The translations under genes and the position numbers were made by a program. The notes under the pieces are model-generated. The model was given only the letters and a program-made list of their open reading frames with translations, had not been told where the DNA came from and did not search any database. 64,000 bases of DNA, from the NCBI GenBank assembly GCA_038087875.1, contig CM075991.1, forward strand, positions 3,038,001 to 3,102,000. Reading direction: 5' to 3'. The DNA comes from Malacoraja senta. Its lineage: Eukaryota. Below are positions 39,101 to 50,483 of the stretch, one piece after another. Positions within the stretch are counted from its first letter, which is position 1; each line of letters starts with the position of its first letter.

Positions 39101-40638
39101 TCCCTAATGACCTGGGACTTCTTGGATGTCCTAGTATGGAAAAGCTCATATTGGAATCAGATACAGCAGAGACGGAGGAATTGAGAGTGGAGGATAGCAT
39201 CTTTGCAAGAAGCAGGGTGAGAAGAACTGTAGTCCAGATAACCATGGAGTCCGTATGTTTGTAAGAGATGTCCGAGAGCGGCCATAGTGGCGCAGCGGTA
39301 GAGTTGTTGCCTTACATCGTTTGCAGCACCAGAGATCCTGGTTCGATCCCGACTATGGGTGCTGTCTGTACAGAGTTTGTACCTTCTCGTCTGGGTTTTA
39401 TTCCCACACTTCAAAGACGTACAGGTGCGTAGGTTAATTGGTTGGTGTATGTGTAAATTGTCCCTAGTGTGTGTAGGATAGTGCTAATGTGCAGGGATCG
39501 TTGCTCAGCGTCGCCTGTTTCCACACTGTATCTCTAAACTAAACTAAATGTCAGTCGGTAGTCTTTCTCCTGTGATGTAAACAGAGAGATCAAAAAAGGG
39601 GAGAGAGATTTTCAATTTTTCATTTTCATGTGCTCTCCTGACTTGCTCTTTCTGAAGTCAATAATTTGTTGTGGAATGGTGAGATAAAAAAAATAGAGGA
39701 AGGAACTCTGACCTGAAACATTAACTCTTTTTATTTCCACAGATGTTGCCTGACTGGTTGAGTCCAGTATTTTATATTTTTAGACAATAGACAATAGACA
39801 ATAGGTGCATGAGTAGGCCATTTGGCCCTTCGAGCCAGCACCGCCATTCAATGTGATCATGGCTGATCATCCCCAATCAGTACCCCGTTCCTGCCTTCTC
39901 CCCATATCCCCTGACTCCGCTATCTTTAAGAGCCCTATCTAGCTCCCTCTTGAAAGCATCCAGAGAACCGGCCTCCACCGCCCTCTGAGGCAGAGAATTC
40001 CACAGACTCACCACTCTCTGTGAGAAAAAGTGTTTCCTCTTCTCTGTTCTAAATGGCTTACTCCTTATTCTTAAACTGTGGCCCCTGGTTCTGGACTCCC
40101 CCAACATCGGGAACATGTTTCCTGCCTCTGGTGTGTCCAAGCCCTTAACAATCTTATATGTTTCAATGAGATCTCCTCTCATCCTTCTAAACTCCAGAGT
40201 GTACAAGCCCAGCTGCTCAATTCTCTCAGCATATGACAGTCTGGGAATTAACCTTGTAAACCTACGCTGCACTCCCTCAATAGCAAGAATGTCCTTCCTC
40301 AAATTAGTGGACTAAAACTGCACACAATACTCCAGCAGTGGTCTCACTAGGGCTCTGTACAACTGCAGAAGGACCTCTTTGCTCCTATTCTCCTTTTCCC
40401 AACTTGAGGCCAATTAGATAGTAATCTGCCTTCCTGTTTTTGCTACCAAAGTGGATAACCTCACATTTATCCGCATTAAACTTCATCTGCCATGCATCTG
40501 CCCATTCCCCCAACCTGTCCAAGTCACCCTGCATTCTCATAGTATTGAACACAACAATGTGTTTTTCATTCACCCATTACTTCATAGTGATGGGTTTATT
40601 CCTGTACCTGTGTGCATGGTACTACAATTGAAAGTGTG
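36163..40638 (+). repeat. Duplicated block, copy A'
   Basis: Matches 29131-33615. Confidence 0.97.
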
Positions 40639-41159
40639 TGGCTAAAATGCTGCTGACAGGGTAAAACAGCAGGCAGATCGTTAGCAATGTATTACCTTGA
40701 AAGGTGCTCCATTATTTTCTTTAGTTCTATGGAAATTTGATCAACAAAGAACATTCCACCTTCAAGGAGTAGAATTGGAGACAAATTATTTTCCTTTAAA
40801 GCTTTTACATTTCCAGAGTAACCTCCTCCTTGTGCCCTGCTTGACAACTTACTTGGTATTTATTGTCAAGGGTGAGATGTAATGCCTCCCTTGTCCGTGA
40901 TTGTTCCTTTAAAGTGTTTTAAAACACATCTGTTTGTTAATATACCTTTTAAGAATGTATCATCTGACAAATTCAAAATAACATTTGCTGAAAATCTGAA
41001 ATTGTAAAAGTGCTAGCAACACCAAGCAAGTTTAGTTGTATGTATAAATAAAGAAATATATGATGTCTGGAAAAGTTAGGGAACCAGTTCTAAGGTGCAG
41101 GTGAGGTGATGGGGTGGGAGAAGGGGAAGGAACTAAATAGGTGTGTAATGGGATAGTAG

Positions 41160-41940
41160 AAACAAGGAACTGCAGATGCTCCCTTATACAAGACACAAAG
41201 TACTGGAGTAACAGCAAATCAAGCAGCATTTCTGGTGAACATGGATTGGTGATGTTTCGGCTCAGAATCCCACTGCAGACTGTTTATCGGGGAGGAAAGC
41301 TGGAAGAGAGGAAGGGTTGGATAAAGTTTCGAGGGAATAGGCCAACACAGTTGAGGGGAGGGTTTTTTGATTGGCAAATGGTTGATAAAGGCCAGAGATG
41401 AAAGGACAGGTATAAGACAAGAGGATTGAAGAGTTGCGAATTGTGAAGCTAGAGGAAGAAATGTAGGTGGAAGGGGAGGGGAAGAAATAGGTGCGTCCAG
41501 GTGGGGACACGGGTGAGGTGGAGGAGGGGGTAAGATTGGGGGAAGAAGTGAGAGGGGGAGGGTTATGTCGTTTCCTAAATTTGGAGAATTCATTGTTCAT
41601 ACCATTGGGTTGTAAGACATGAGCGGAATATGAATATGAAACATGGAAGTAATCCAGATAATCGTGGGAATGAGTAGGTTTGTAAAAGATGTCAGTTAAT
41701 AGTCTGTCCCTTGCGATGGAGACAGAGAGATCAAGAAAGAGAAGAGAGGTGAAAGAGATAGGTCAAATGAATTTGAGGGCCATTTGAATTGAATTTTGGA
41801 AGTTAGCAGTAAAGCTAATTAAATCAAACTCAGCATGGGTGCAGGACACACACCCGATGCAGTCATAGAAGTAGCAGAGGAAGAGTTGGGGGATGGTGCC
41901 AATATATGTTTGGAACAAGGGCTGTTCAACTATTCTGTAA
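41160..41940 (-). mobile_element. Degenerate Penelope-like element
   Basis: pLTR-like start and RT remnants (EQPLFQTYIGTIPQLFLCYFYDCIG). Confidence 0.7.
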
Positions 41941-42241
41941 CCCCATAGAATGTAGCTGAGCGTAATTGATAAAAAGAATGATGAAGTAGGCAAAAGTGGC
42001 TGATAACAGCACCGCAAGGATATAAAAGATGGGACTTTGGATGTAATATTAAATCCGCTGGATCAAAAAAATGAAGATTGTTCCTTGAGTTAAGGTTCAA
42101 TTATATTTGGAACATTATAGATGGACAAGAATGTGGAAATTAGAGTATGGTCAAGTTGAAAAAGGGAACTGGATAAAACAGCTTCACATCCAAATGAGAA
42201 GAGGGATACTGCAGATCAAAGAAGTTATAAGTACCGTAGTA

Positions 42242-43209
42242 CAGGTTGAACGCCGATTTTCTGGCACCCTTGGTTCCCGAGCCTTTCTGCATTATTCGTT
42301 TTTCTGGACCAAAGAGGTCACGTTATAATGAAACAACTATACAGCCCTGGCCCGCTAATGACACCCTTCCCGTGTCTCCAAATGGAGTGGCAGAAACTTC
42401 AATAACATAAATATAAGAAGTAAACTGAATGTGAATGGATGAGCTGCCGACCCATCCCCGGCTGTTTAGCGCTCCGGCGTCTGACCACACTCCCGACTCG
42501 CAAGGAGCACCAGCGAGCCCTACTTCACTCACTGCCCCTGCCGGACATCCTCCATCCCCAGGGTCGCTGACTTACTCCACCTTGGAAGCGAAGGCAGGTA
42601 AGAGGGGAGGGAGCCACACAGTGATCGAGTGCATCCTGTCGGTGGGGCCACCCTGAAAAAAGTGCGTTCTGTCGGGGGCTGCAGCGTGAGTCGTAACAAC
42701 AGCCGTGTGAACCGGTGAAGTAGGGCTCGCTGGTGCAGACCAGCGGCACCGGCCCCAAGATTTAATGTGAAACGATACAAAGTGCTGGAGTGACCTAGCT
42801 GACTGAATCGGTCTGAGGAAGTGCACCTATCCATGTTCTCCATACTCGCTGAATTGCTCCCACACTTTGTGTCCTTTCGTTGGGCGAAGAAGGGCTCACT
42901 GATGCACCTTGCAAGTTGGAAGTGGGGTTGGAAGCCGGGGCTCTAAACAGCCGGGGAGATGGTGCAAGCCGGGGACGGGTCGGCAGGTCCATATGCTATA
43001 TCCGACATCTATTATAAGGGTGTCGTTAAAACAAGGGTTTACTGTATTGTCACTGTGTAAGGAGAGAAGATTGAGAGGGACACGACCGAAAGGAATGCTC
43101 GCCACTCGTAATGTCGTCTGTGGCCGCTCAGGAAATTTCAACTGAGCTCTCATAATTTTGTCAGGATTATAGGGGTAATAGGATGGCCGGAAAATCAGTG
43201 TGCAACCTA
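42242..43209. mobile_element. Tc1/mariner (pogo/Tigger-like) non-autonomous DNA transposon
   Basis: TA|CAGGTTGAACGCCGATTTTCTGGC ... GCCGGAAAATCAGTGTGCAACCTA|TA imperfect TIRs with TA TSD; internal inverted repeats. Confidence 0.7.
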
Positions 43210-44774
43210 TATGTTACTCACGTTTGCGGATAACTAAACTACGAGATCTTGCTTACAATATATTTTAAAATGTCAGGGTGGCAATGAAGCTGTTATTGAA
43301 TACAATTAGTAAGTTATTTAAAAATAAGGAAGGCAGTGTCATACTTAAAAGCCAAAAGAAAAATGAGGAAGAAAAATCATGATGGTGATTAGGAGTATAA
43401 ATTGGAAGTATATAGAATTATGGGAGACCAGTGGGCATGGGTTTAAGATGAGAGGTACAAAGTTGAAAGGAAATGTGCTGGGCAAAATTTTGTTTGTAGT
43501 GTGGTGGGTGCCTGGAACGCACTGCCAGGATGATGGTGGAGACAGATACGACAGGGGCATCTGAGAGGCTTTTAAATAGGCATATGGGTATGCAAGAAAT
43601 GAAAGGATTAGGATCACACGCAGATCCCTCGTGTTTGGCATATACATTGTGGCAGAAGAGCCAGTTTCTTTTCTACGTTCCATGGATTTAAGTTAACAAC
43701 TTAAGTGGTTTCTGGAAAATCTGAAATAGAGAAAACGTAGGCACCATTTTCCAAGCATTGACACCTTTCACAAAGTTCAACGCTGAGAACTATATTCCAA
43801 TTGAGGCCAAATCTCTTAGCATAACTTTAAAAAAAAATTGTTCCTGTTTAATAAAGCCAAGATTCTCTTAAGCTTTTCAGAAACAAATATTTACACATAG
43901 ACTCATGGCTCTCCATCCCTACATGTTTAATTTCTCTCTCTCTCTCGATTCTTCCTGTCAACATCTCTGTGTTAAGGAGAGATTTAATTACTTATAAGAC
44001 ATTATAAAATGTGTTTCTGCCAGTATTTATTTCAACTACATCGGTTGGAGAAAAAACGGTCACCATTTTAACAATATAAGATCAGAACCATGTTAGATGG
44101 TGAGGTGATAGAATGGAGGCAACAGGAACTGCAGATGCTAGAATCTTGAGTAAAACACAAAGTGCTGGAGTAACTCAGTGGGTCAGGCAGCATCTGCAAA
44201 GGAATGGATAGCTGTCTTTTTTTTCCCTGGTGAATAATGGTTCAAAAGTCAACCAGGTCTATTTCAAACTGGGATGGAGTTCAGCATGTATAAGATGAAT
44301 ATGCAATGCTTATCCAAGTTAGAGTGGCTTACTAACTTGTTTTGATAACCTACGGTAGGATCAGAGAGGAATTTTCCACATTTCATCTTCACCAATTCCT
44401 CTTTTTTATGACCTTTCACCTTGAATTTACATGGCTCTTGGGTGAGTGAAATATGTAGAAAAATGCAAAATTCAAAGTCTTAGCGGCTAAATTTATTTCG
44501 TTTTATGGCTGTTGTGTCTTTATTCTTCATTCATCATTGGCAAACTACCAATGCTTGCCCATTGGCCTTCGTGTCCTTAGTTTTTTCTTGCAGATGTAAA
44601 TATAGACTTTTAAAGTCTGATTTCAGCACTATCTAATCATAATGCCAGGAACTTGTTTAGTCATTTACAATTTCTATTCTTTAATGTTTAATGAATGGCA
44701 ATGTTCCCATGAATTCTAACCGTATTTCTACTGAGTCTCAGCACTGGTAATTTATGTTCTTGAAATTATTGTCT

Positions 44775-45220
44775 GTGTCCTAATTTGAGGAAGGACATTC
44801 TTGCTATTGAGGGAGTGCAGCGTAGGTTTACAAGGTTAATTCCCGGGATGGCGGGACTGTCATATGCTGAGAGAATGGAGCAGCTGGGCTTGTATACTCT
44901 GGAGTTTAGAAGGATGAGAGGGTTTCTCATTGAAACATATAAGATTGTTAAGGGCTTGGACATGCTATAGGCAGGAAGCATGTTCCCGATGTTGTGGGAG
45001 TCCAGAACCAGGGGGCCACAGTTTAAGAATAAGGGGTAAGCCATTTAGAACGGAGACGAGGAAACACTTTTTCCTCATAGAGAGTGGTGAGTCTGTGGAA
45101 TTCTCTGCCTCAGAGGGCGGTGGAGGCCAGTTCTCTGGATACTTTCGAGAGAGAGCTAGATAGGGCTCTTAAAAGTAGCAGAGTCAGGGGATATGGGGAG
45201 AAGGCAGGAACGGGGTACTG
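44775..45220 (+). mobile_element. CR1 LINE 3' fragment
   Basis: Encodes RKDILAIEGVQRRFTRLIPGM... Confidence 0.9.
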
Positions 45221-45363
45221 ATGGAAGGTGAAATGTTTCATAAATGTTTCATGAAATCTTCCATGGTCCCAAAATAGCAGATCCTCTGATAGATGTACTA
45301 ATGTATCTTCCACTTGAATTATCCACACACCTGAATATCTGTTATCTGCTTGTTCTTTATAGG

Positions 45364-46977
45364 ATGCCAACTGCGTTAAAGCTTTTCAACATGTGTGTTA
45401 TGATGATCACAGGGTGCTTGTACCACCCTCGCCTCCTCAGTGATGAAGTGGAGAGTGAGGAGGTCCAGAACAGAATCAAGGAGCACGAGTACCGGTACAA
45501 ACTGGAGATAGAACGGCTCCAGAGAGAAATGGAGGAAAAAAGTAACCGTGATCGTAATATAAGGAATACATTTGCAAAAAAGGAAGATTCAGTAACATGG
45601 AATTGGAACACTCATATTATTCTCCTACTGGTCACAATTCAGTTCTTGGGATTCTGGATAGGTGACACTTTTCCACATATTCCCCAGGACTATAATAGTG
45701 AGGAAGAAGAGGAAGAAGAAAAGGAAAATGAATTTCCTCGCAGAATTTACAGCAACATTTTGAATATTCCCGATCAAAGTGTGCTGGATCAGTTTTACAA
45801 CATTTGCATTCAGAATGTGAGCCAGGAGCCTAATCAGACCTGTGAATTTGTAGAAAGCTTTGTGGACAATCTTTTGGAGGCCAGTAGGAATCTCTGTCAG
45901 TGGAACACTGAGCTGATCCTTGAAGACTGTGTGGGTATTGGGAGTCAGTTTGAAAAATGGGGCTGTAAGACATCATCTATATATGATATTTTGGTTCCAA
46001 TTTTTCTCCAGGATGGATATTGTTTTAAACCAGAGATTTGTTCCTGTGACATCCCACCTGAAAAACAGAATTATGGCAGGATTCTCATGGTTACACCACA
46101 CAATGCTGACCTGGGCTGCCAGTGTAAAACCACAGAACTTGAAGGGGATATTCTGTGTCTTATTCACAGCAAGAGATTTGAACCTGATGTTCGTGCCAAT
46201 TGCCTTGCTTCTATCATGTGTTCCGATTGGTATTTGGATTATAAGAAGGTATTGAAATGGTTCAGGGATTTATTAGCCAGATCTTGGAACAATATTTGCC
46301 ACAAATACGATTTTGAACTTACCTTTTGCAATATTACAGGTTGCTGTGGTTTAAAAGTACATTATCAGTCTGGAAGAACCATTTGCATTAAAGTATTTCC
46401 TGCTGTGAGGCTGAAGAATTCAGATGTCCATCTTGTACCCAGTTTTTCCGATTGCTCCATGAATAGTACAGCATCCACTACTTACTGGAACATTTCCTGT
46501 GCAGTCTGTGAGTACAGGTTTCTGCAAATCATGGCCAAAAATACTCCCAATAGCTCGTGTCACCTTAAATGCCTTCAAATACTGATCTTTTTAACTGAAA
46601 AACAGTGCAGTTCTACAGACCAGCAATATGTTCTTGGTTCCTATGTCTTTAAGACTGTCCTTATGCATCTGCTGTTAAGTCAGCCATTTTCAAACTGGCA
46701 TGAAAATCACCTGGAACATAGGCTGAGAGATATGTTAAAATATCTCGGAAAATGTTTGGATGAGAAAAGGCTACAGAGATTTATGATTGGAAATCAATCA
46801 TTTCTTAAGCAAATTGAAATTCCAGAAATTCTTCTAAAAGCAGAGGCTGTAAACCTCTTCCGGTCATTTGTAATAGAGCGTGATTCTTACAGTCAGGCAC
46901 TCATGGAGTATCAGAAAATATTAATGGACATGTGTCCGTTAATGATGGAGTGCATTAGAAATTATACAGCCAGTTGA
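45364..46977 (+). CDS. ITPRIPL1: ITPRIP-like 1 family protein (Mab-21/cGAS-like fold), single coding exon, 537 aa
   Basis: Intact ORF with a splice acceptor (tgttctttatag|G ATG) just upstream. Features: N-terminal hydrophobic segment with HP motif, coiled coil, TM segment, SEEEEEE acidic run, FVESFVDNLLEA, GIGSQFEKW...YDILVP, GDILCLIH, SCHLKCLQIL, FKTVLMHLL, LQRFMIGN. Family assignment is firm; the paralogue call (L1 versus ITPRIP) is less so. Confidence 0.85.
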   Translation: MPTALKLFNMCVMMITGCLYHPRLLSDEVESEEVQNRIKEHEYRYKLEIERLQREMEEKSNRDRNIRNTFAKKEDSVTWNWNTHIILLLVTIQFLGFWIGDTFPHIPQDYNSEEEEEEEKENEFPRRIYSNILNIPDQSVLDQFYNICIQNVSQEPNQTCEFVESFVDNLLEASRNLCQWNTELILEDCVGIGSQFEKWGCKTSSIYDILVPIFLQDGYCFKPEICSCDIPPEKQNYGRILMVTPHNADLGCQCKTTELEGDILCLIHSKRFEPDVRANCLASIMCSDWYLDYKKVLKWFRDLLARSWNNICHKYDFELTFCNITGCCGLKVHYQSGRTICIKVFPAVRLKNSDVHLVPSFSDCSMNSTASTTYWNISCAVCEYRFLQIMAKNTPNSSCHLKCLQILIFLTEKQCSSTDQQYVLGSYVFKTVLMHLLLSQPFSNWHENHLEHRLRDMLKYLGKCLDEKRLQRFMIGNQSFLKQIEIPEILLKAEAVNLFRSFVIERDSYSQALMEYQKILMDMCPLMMECIRNYTAS

Positions 46978-47099
46978 ATGAAAACATTGTATTTGCTCCC
47001 AGTAGACACAAGGAAACATAGATGCTGGAATCGGGTGGCTTTGCTCTCTGCTTGGGACCAGAAGTATTTAAGATATGTAATATTTACATTACTATTAGG

Positions 47100-47105
47100 A
47101 ATAAA
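47100..47105 (+). terminator. Candidate polyadenylation signal for the ITPRIPL1-like gene
   Basis: AATAAA about 120 nt after the stop codon; usage unproven. Confidence 0.4.
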
Positions 47106-47157
47106 ATTAATTGATTTTTAAAATATCAAGAATAAACTATAAGAATACATTTAATAG

Positions 47158-47860
47158 ATTTTTCTTCAAAAATAAACTTTATTCAGAAATAAAAATATAT
47201 ACAAAAGAAAAATTGTGCATAAATTCTTCATATATTCTCAGTGTCTGTACATTCAATAGTGCCAAAGGTATCGGACCGAAACGTTGCCTATTTCCTTCGC
47301 TCCATAGATGCTGCTGCACCCGCTGAGTTTCTCCAGCATTTTTGTGTACGTGCCATACTCAGTGATCTTTCTATGTACATTACACCATTGGTCTCTTGAG
47401 GTGATCTCCCTTCCTTAGTTTGAGGGGTGTCCCCACTGGGCTCTGCCCTTCAATGCCCAACAATAGAACAACCCTGGAAAGTGGTCCTCTCCCACAGAGC
47501 CTTGGTGTTGACTGCACCAAGCTTCAGTGCGTCGCTCAGCATATAAGCCTACAGCTTGAAATGGGCTACTCGGCAACATTCCCTGATGAACAAATCGCTG
47601 TGCTTGGAGTTTTGGGCAGACCAAAGAGAGTTGATGGTATTTCAGCAGCATTTGATGTCTGTCTGGGAACATCAATGTGTCCCTGGGAACAGCCCACAAA
47701 TCAGAACTGTTCGGGATGAACCATGACAGGAATTTTTGCAAAGTTCACCAGACCCTCTTTACAAATTCATACTCTGCGAAGAGGGGAACAGCCATTTCCT
47801 GTCCTCTCCATAACAGGTCAAGAGCATATTCGTCGATATGCCGAATCTTCGCAATCTTTT
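47158..47860 (-). mobile_element. Tx1-clade LINE 3' fragment containing a short Penelope pLTR insertion (47265-47349)
   Basis: Minus-strand remnants ECCRVAHFKL..AYMLSDALKLGAVNTKALWERTT and an aataaa/A-rich tail. The pLTR insert is flanked by gtgcca at 47259-47264 and 47350-47355. Confidence 0.7.
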
Positions 47861-48506
47861 AAGGAAGTAGAGGCGTTAATGGGTGTACTTTATGATTGTA
47901 TCAATGTGCTGGGTCCAGGACAGGAAGCAATTAGTCATTTAATTGCATTACCTTTCATATTTCATGAAACTCCATGTCATTTTGCTATTACCTAGAGACC
48001 TTTCCTTACAGAACTCATTTAGTAACATTTTCAGTTTATATTTGATGGTGTCACAGAATTGAAACAAAGATTTCTTATTTGACTCAAGGGATTTTAGGGA
48101 ATAAATTTAAAGATATACCATATGAAATGTCACTATCTCTCGACATTCTCACTATTAATTAAGGATATCGACCCAAAACATTGACTATCCCTTTGCCTCC
48201 CACGATTAGCATTGTTACAAAATTTTGAGATTTCAAAAATCAAGTCTGCAATTTATCCCATCAGAGAAAGCATAAAAAGAAGTTTAATTTGACACCTAAT
48301 TCACTTTCATATCTTCAGTATTCAAAAGGTTATGGCCATTTTCATGCTCGGAAATTAGCATCTTGTTCCCTATTGCTTTTCCATTGACTTAACTCAAAAG
48401 CTGTGATCGAGGACAGCCCATAACTTTCTTAAAAATTAAGAGAACTGAATGAAATGTTCAGTTATTGTAGATTGAAGCATTCTGAAACAAATATGAAACA
48501 ATCTTA

Positions 48507-50483
48507 GTCTGGCGCGTCGATCTCTACAAACCTGAGGCCACGCGCCAACTCTCGGACACCTCCTCTTACTTACCCCTGGACCATGACCCCACTGACGAGC
48601 ACCAGGCCACCATCTCCAGCACCATCACCGACTTCATCCACTCCCACGCCCTGCCCGACCGAGCCTCCAACCTCATCGTTCCCCAGCCCCGCACAGCCCG
48701 CTTTTACCTTCTCCCCAAAATCCACAAACCTGACTGTCCCGGTAGACCCATTGTCTCTGCCTGTTCGTGCCCCACCGAACTCATCTCCACCTACCTCGAC
48801 TCCATCCTATCCCCCTTGGTTAAATCCCTCCCCACCTATGTTCAAGACACCTCAGACACTCTCCGTCGTCTCCGCGCATTCCACTCTCTAGGCCCTCACC
48901 CCCTCATCTTCACCATGGACGTCCAGTCATTGTACACCTCCATCCCCCACCAGGATGGTCTCGAAGCCCTCCGTTTTTTCCTCGACCGTAGAAGCAACCT
49001 ATACCCGGCCACTGACACCCTCCTCCGCCTAGCGGAGCTGGTCCTTACACTTAATGACTTTTCATTTGACTCCTCCCATTTCCTCCAAATACAAGGCGTA
49101 GCTATGGGCACACGCATGGGCCCCAGCTACGCCTGCCTCTTTGTCGGGTACGTAGAACAATCCTTGTTCAATGCGTACCAGGGCCCCATCCCCGACCTCT
49201 ATCTCCGCTACATCGATGATTGTTTTGGTGCCACATCCTGCACCCACGCACAACTGACTGACTTCATCCGCTTCACCACCAACTTCCATCTGGCACTCAA
49301 ATACACCTGGACCATTTCCGACACTTCCCTACCATTCCTTGACCTCACTATCTCCATCGAAGGTGATAGACTCATTACCGACATCCACTACAAACCCACC
49401 GACTCCCATGGCTATCTGGACTACACTTCTTCCCACCCTGCTTCCTGTAAGGACTCCATCCCCCACTCCCAATTCCTCCGTCTACGCCGCATCTGCTCCC
49501 AGCATGAGGCGTTCCACACCAGGGCATCTGAAATGTCCTCATTCTTCAGGGAACGGGGTTTCCCCTCCTCCACCATAGATGAGGCTCGCACCAGGGTCTC
49601 TGCCATACCCCGCAACACTGCTCTCTCTCCCCATCCCCCCACTCACAACAAGGGCAGAGTCCCCCTAGTCCTCACCTTTCACCCCACCAGCCGTCACATA
49701 CAACAAGTGATCCTCCGTCAGTTTCGCCACCTCCAACGTGACCCCACCACTCGCCACATCTTCCCATCTCCCCCCATGTCTGCCTTCCGCAAAGACCGCT
49801 CCCTCCGTAACTCCCTTGTCAATTCTTCCCTTCCCTCCCATACCACCCCCTCCCCTGGTACTTTCCCTTGCAACCGCAAGAGATGCAACACTTGTCCCTT
49901 CACCTCCCCCCTCGACTCCATTCAAGGACCCAAGCAGTCGTTCCAGGTGCGACAGAGGTTCACCTGCATCTCCTCCAACCTCATCTATTGCATCCGCTGC
50001 TCTAGATGCCAGCTGATCTACATCGGTGAGACCAAGCGGAGGCTTGGTGATCGTTTCGCCGAACACCTCCGGTCGGTCCGCAATAACCAACTTGACCTCC
50101 CGGTGGCTCAGCACTTCAACTCCCCCTCCCATTCCGTATCTGACCTCTCTGTCCTGGGTCTCCTCCATGGCCACAGCGAGCAACACCTTAAATTGGAGGA
50201 AATGCACCTCATATTCCGCTTGGGCAGTCTACATCCTGGGGGCTTGAACATTGAATTCTCCCAATTCTGCTAGCCCTTGCTGTCCCCTCCCCTTCATCAG
50301 CCCTCTGGTTGTCTCCTCCCCTCCCCCAGCCCTCAGGCTCCTCCTCCGCCCTTTTCCTTTTTTCCTTTCTTCTCCCCACCCCCTATCAGTCTGAAGAAGG
50401 GTTTCGGCCCGAAACGTTGCCTATTTCCTTCGCTCCATAGATGCTGCTGCACCCGCTGAGTTTCTCCAGCATTTTTGTGTACC
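48507..50483 (+). mobile_element. Young Penelope-like retroelement, 5'-truncated, with uninterrupted RT + GIY-YIG frame
   Basis: Open frame 48507-50273 (588 codons): LPKIHK..PGRPIVS, DVQSLYTSIP, GVAMGTRMGPSYA, RYIDD, CxxxxCxxC, IYC...YIGET...RFAEH. TSD tatgaaacaatctta at 48492-48506 and 50484-50498. Confidence 0.97.
50387..50422 (+). ncRNA. Minimal hammerhead-ribozyme motif in the Penelope pLTR (other copies at 13740, 30522, 37554, 54521 on +; 51738-51766 on -)
   Basis: CUGAAGA-A-[GGGU UUCG GCCC]-GAAAC-GUU: conserved core, stem II with tetraloop, and a palindromic loop-less stem III (AACGUU). Confidence 0.75.

Noticed and set aside
45244..45363. N-terminal 40-aa extension of the 577-aa ORF
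   Set aside because: It overlaps a pyrimidine tract and AG acceptor, and family similarity starts at the Met at 45364, so it is probably intronic.
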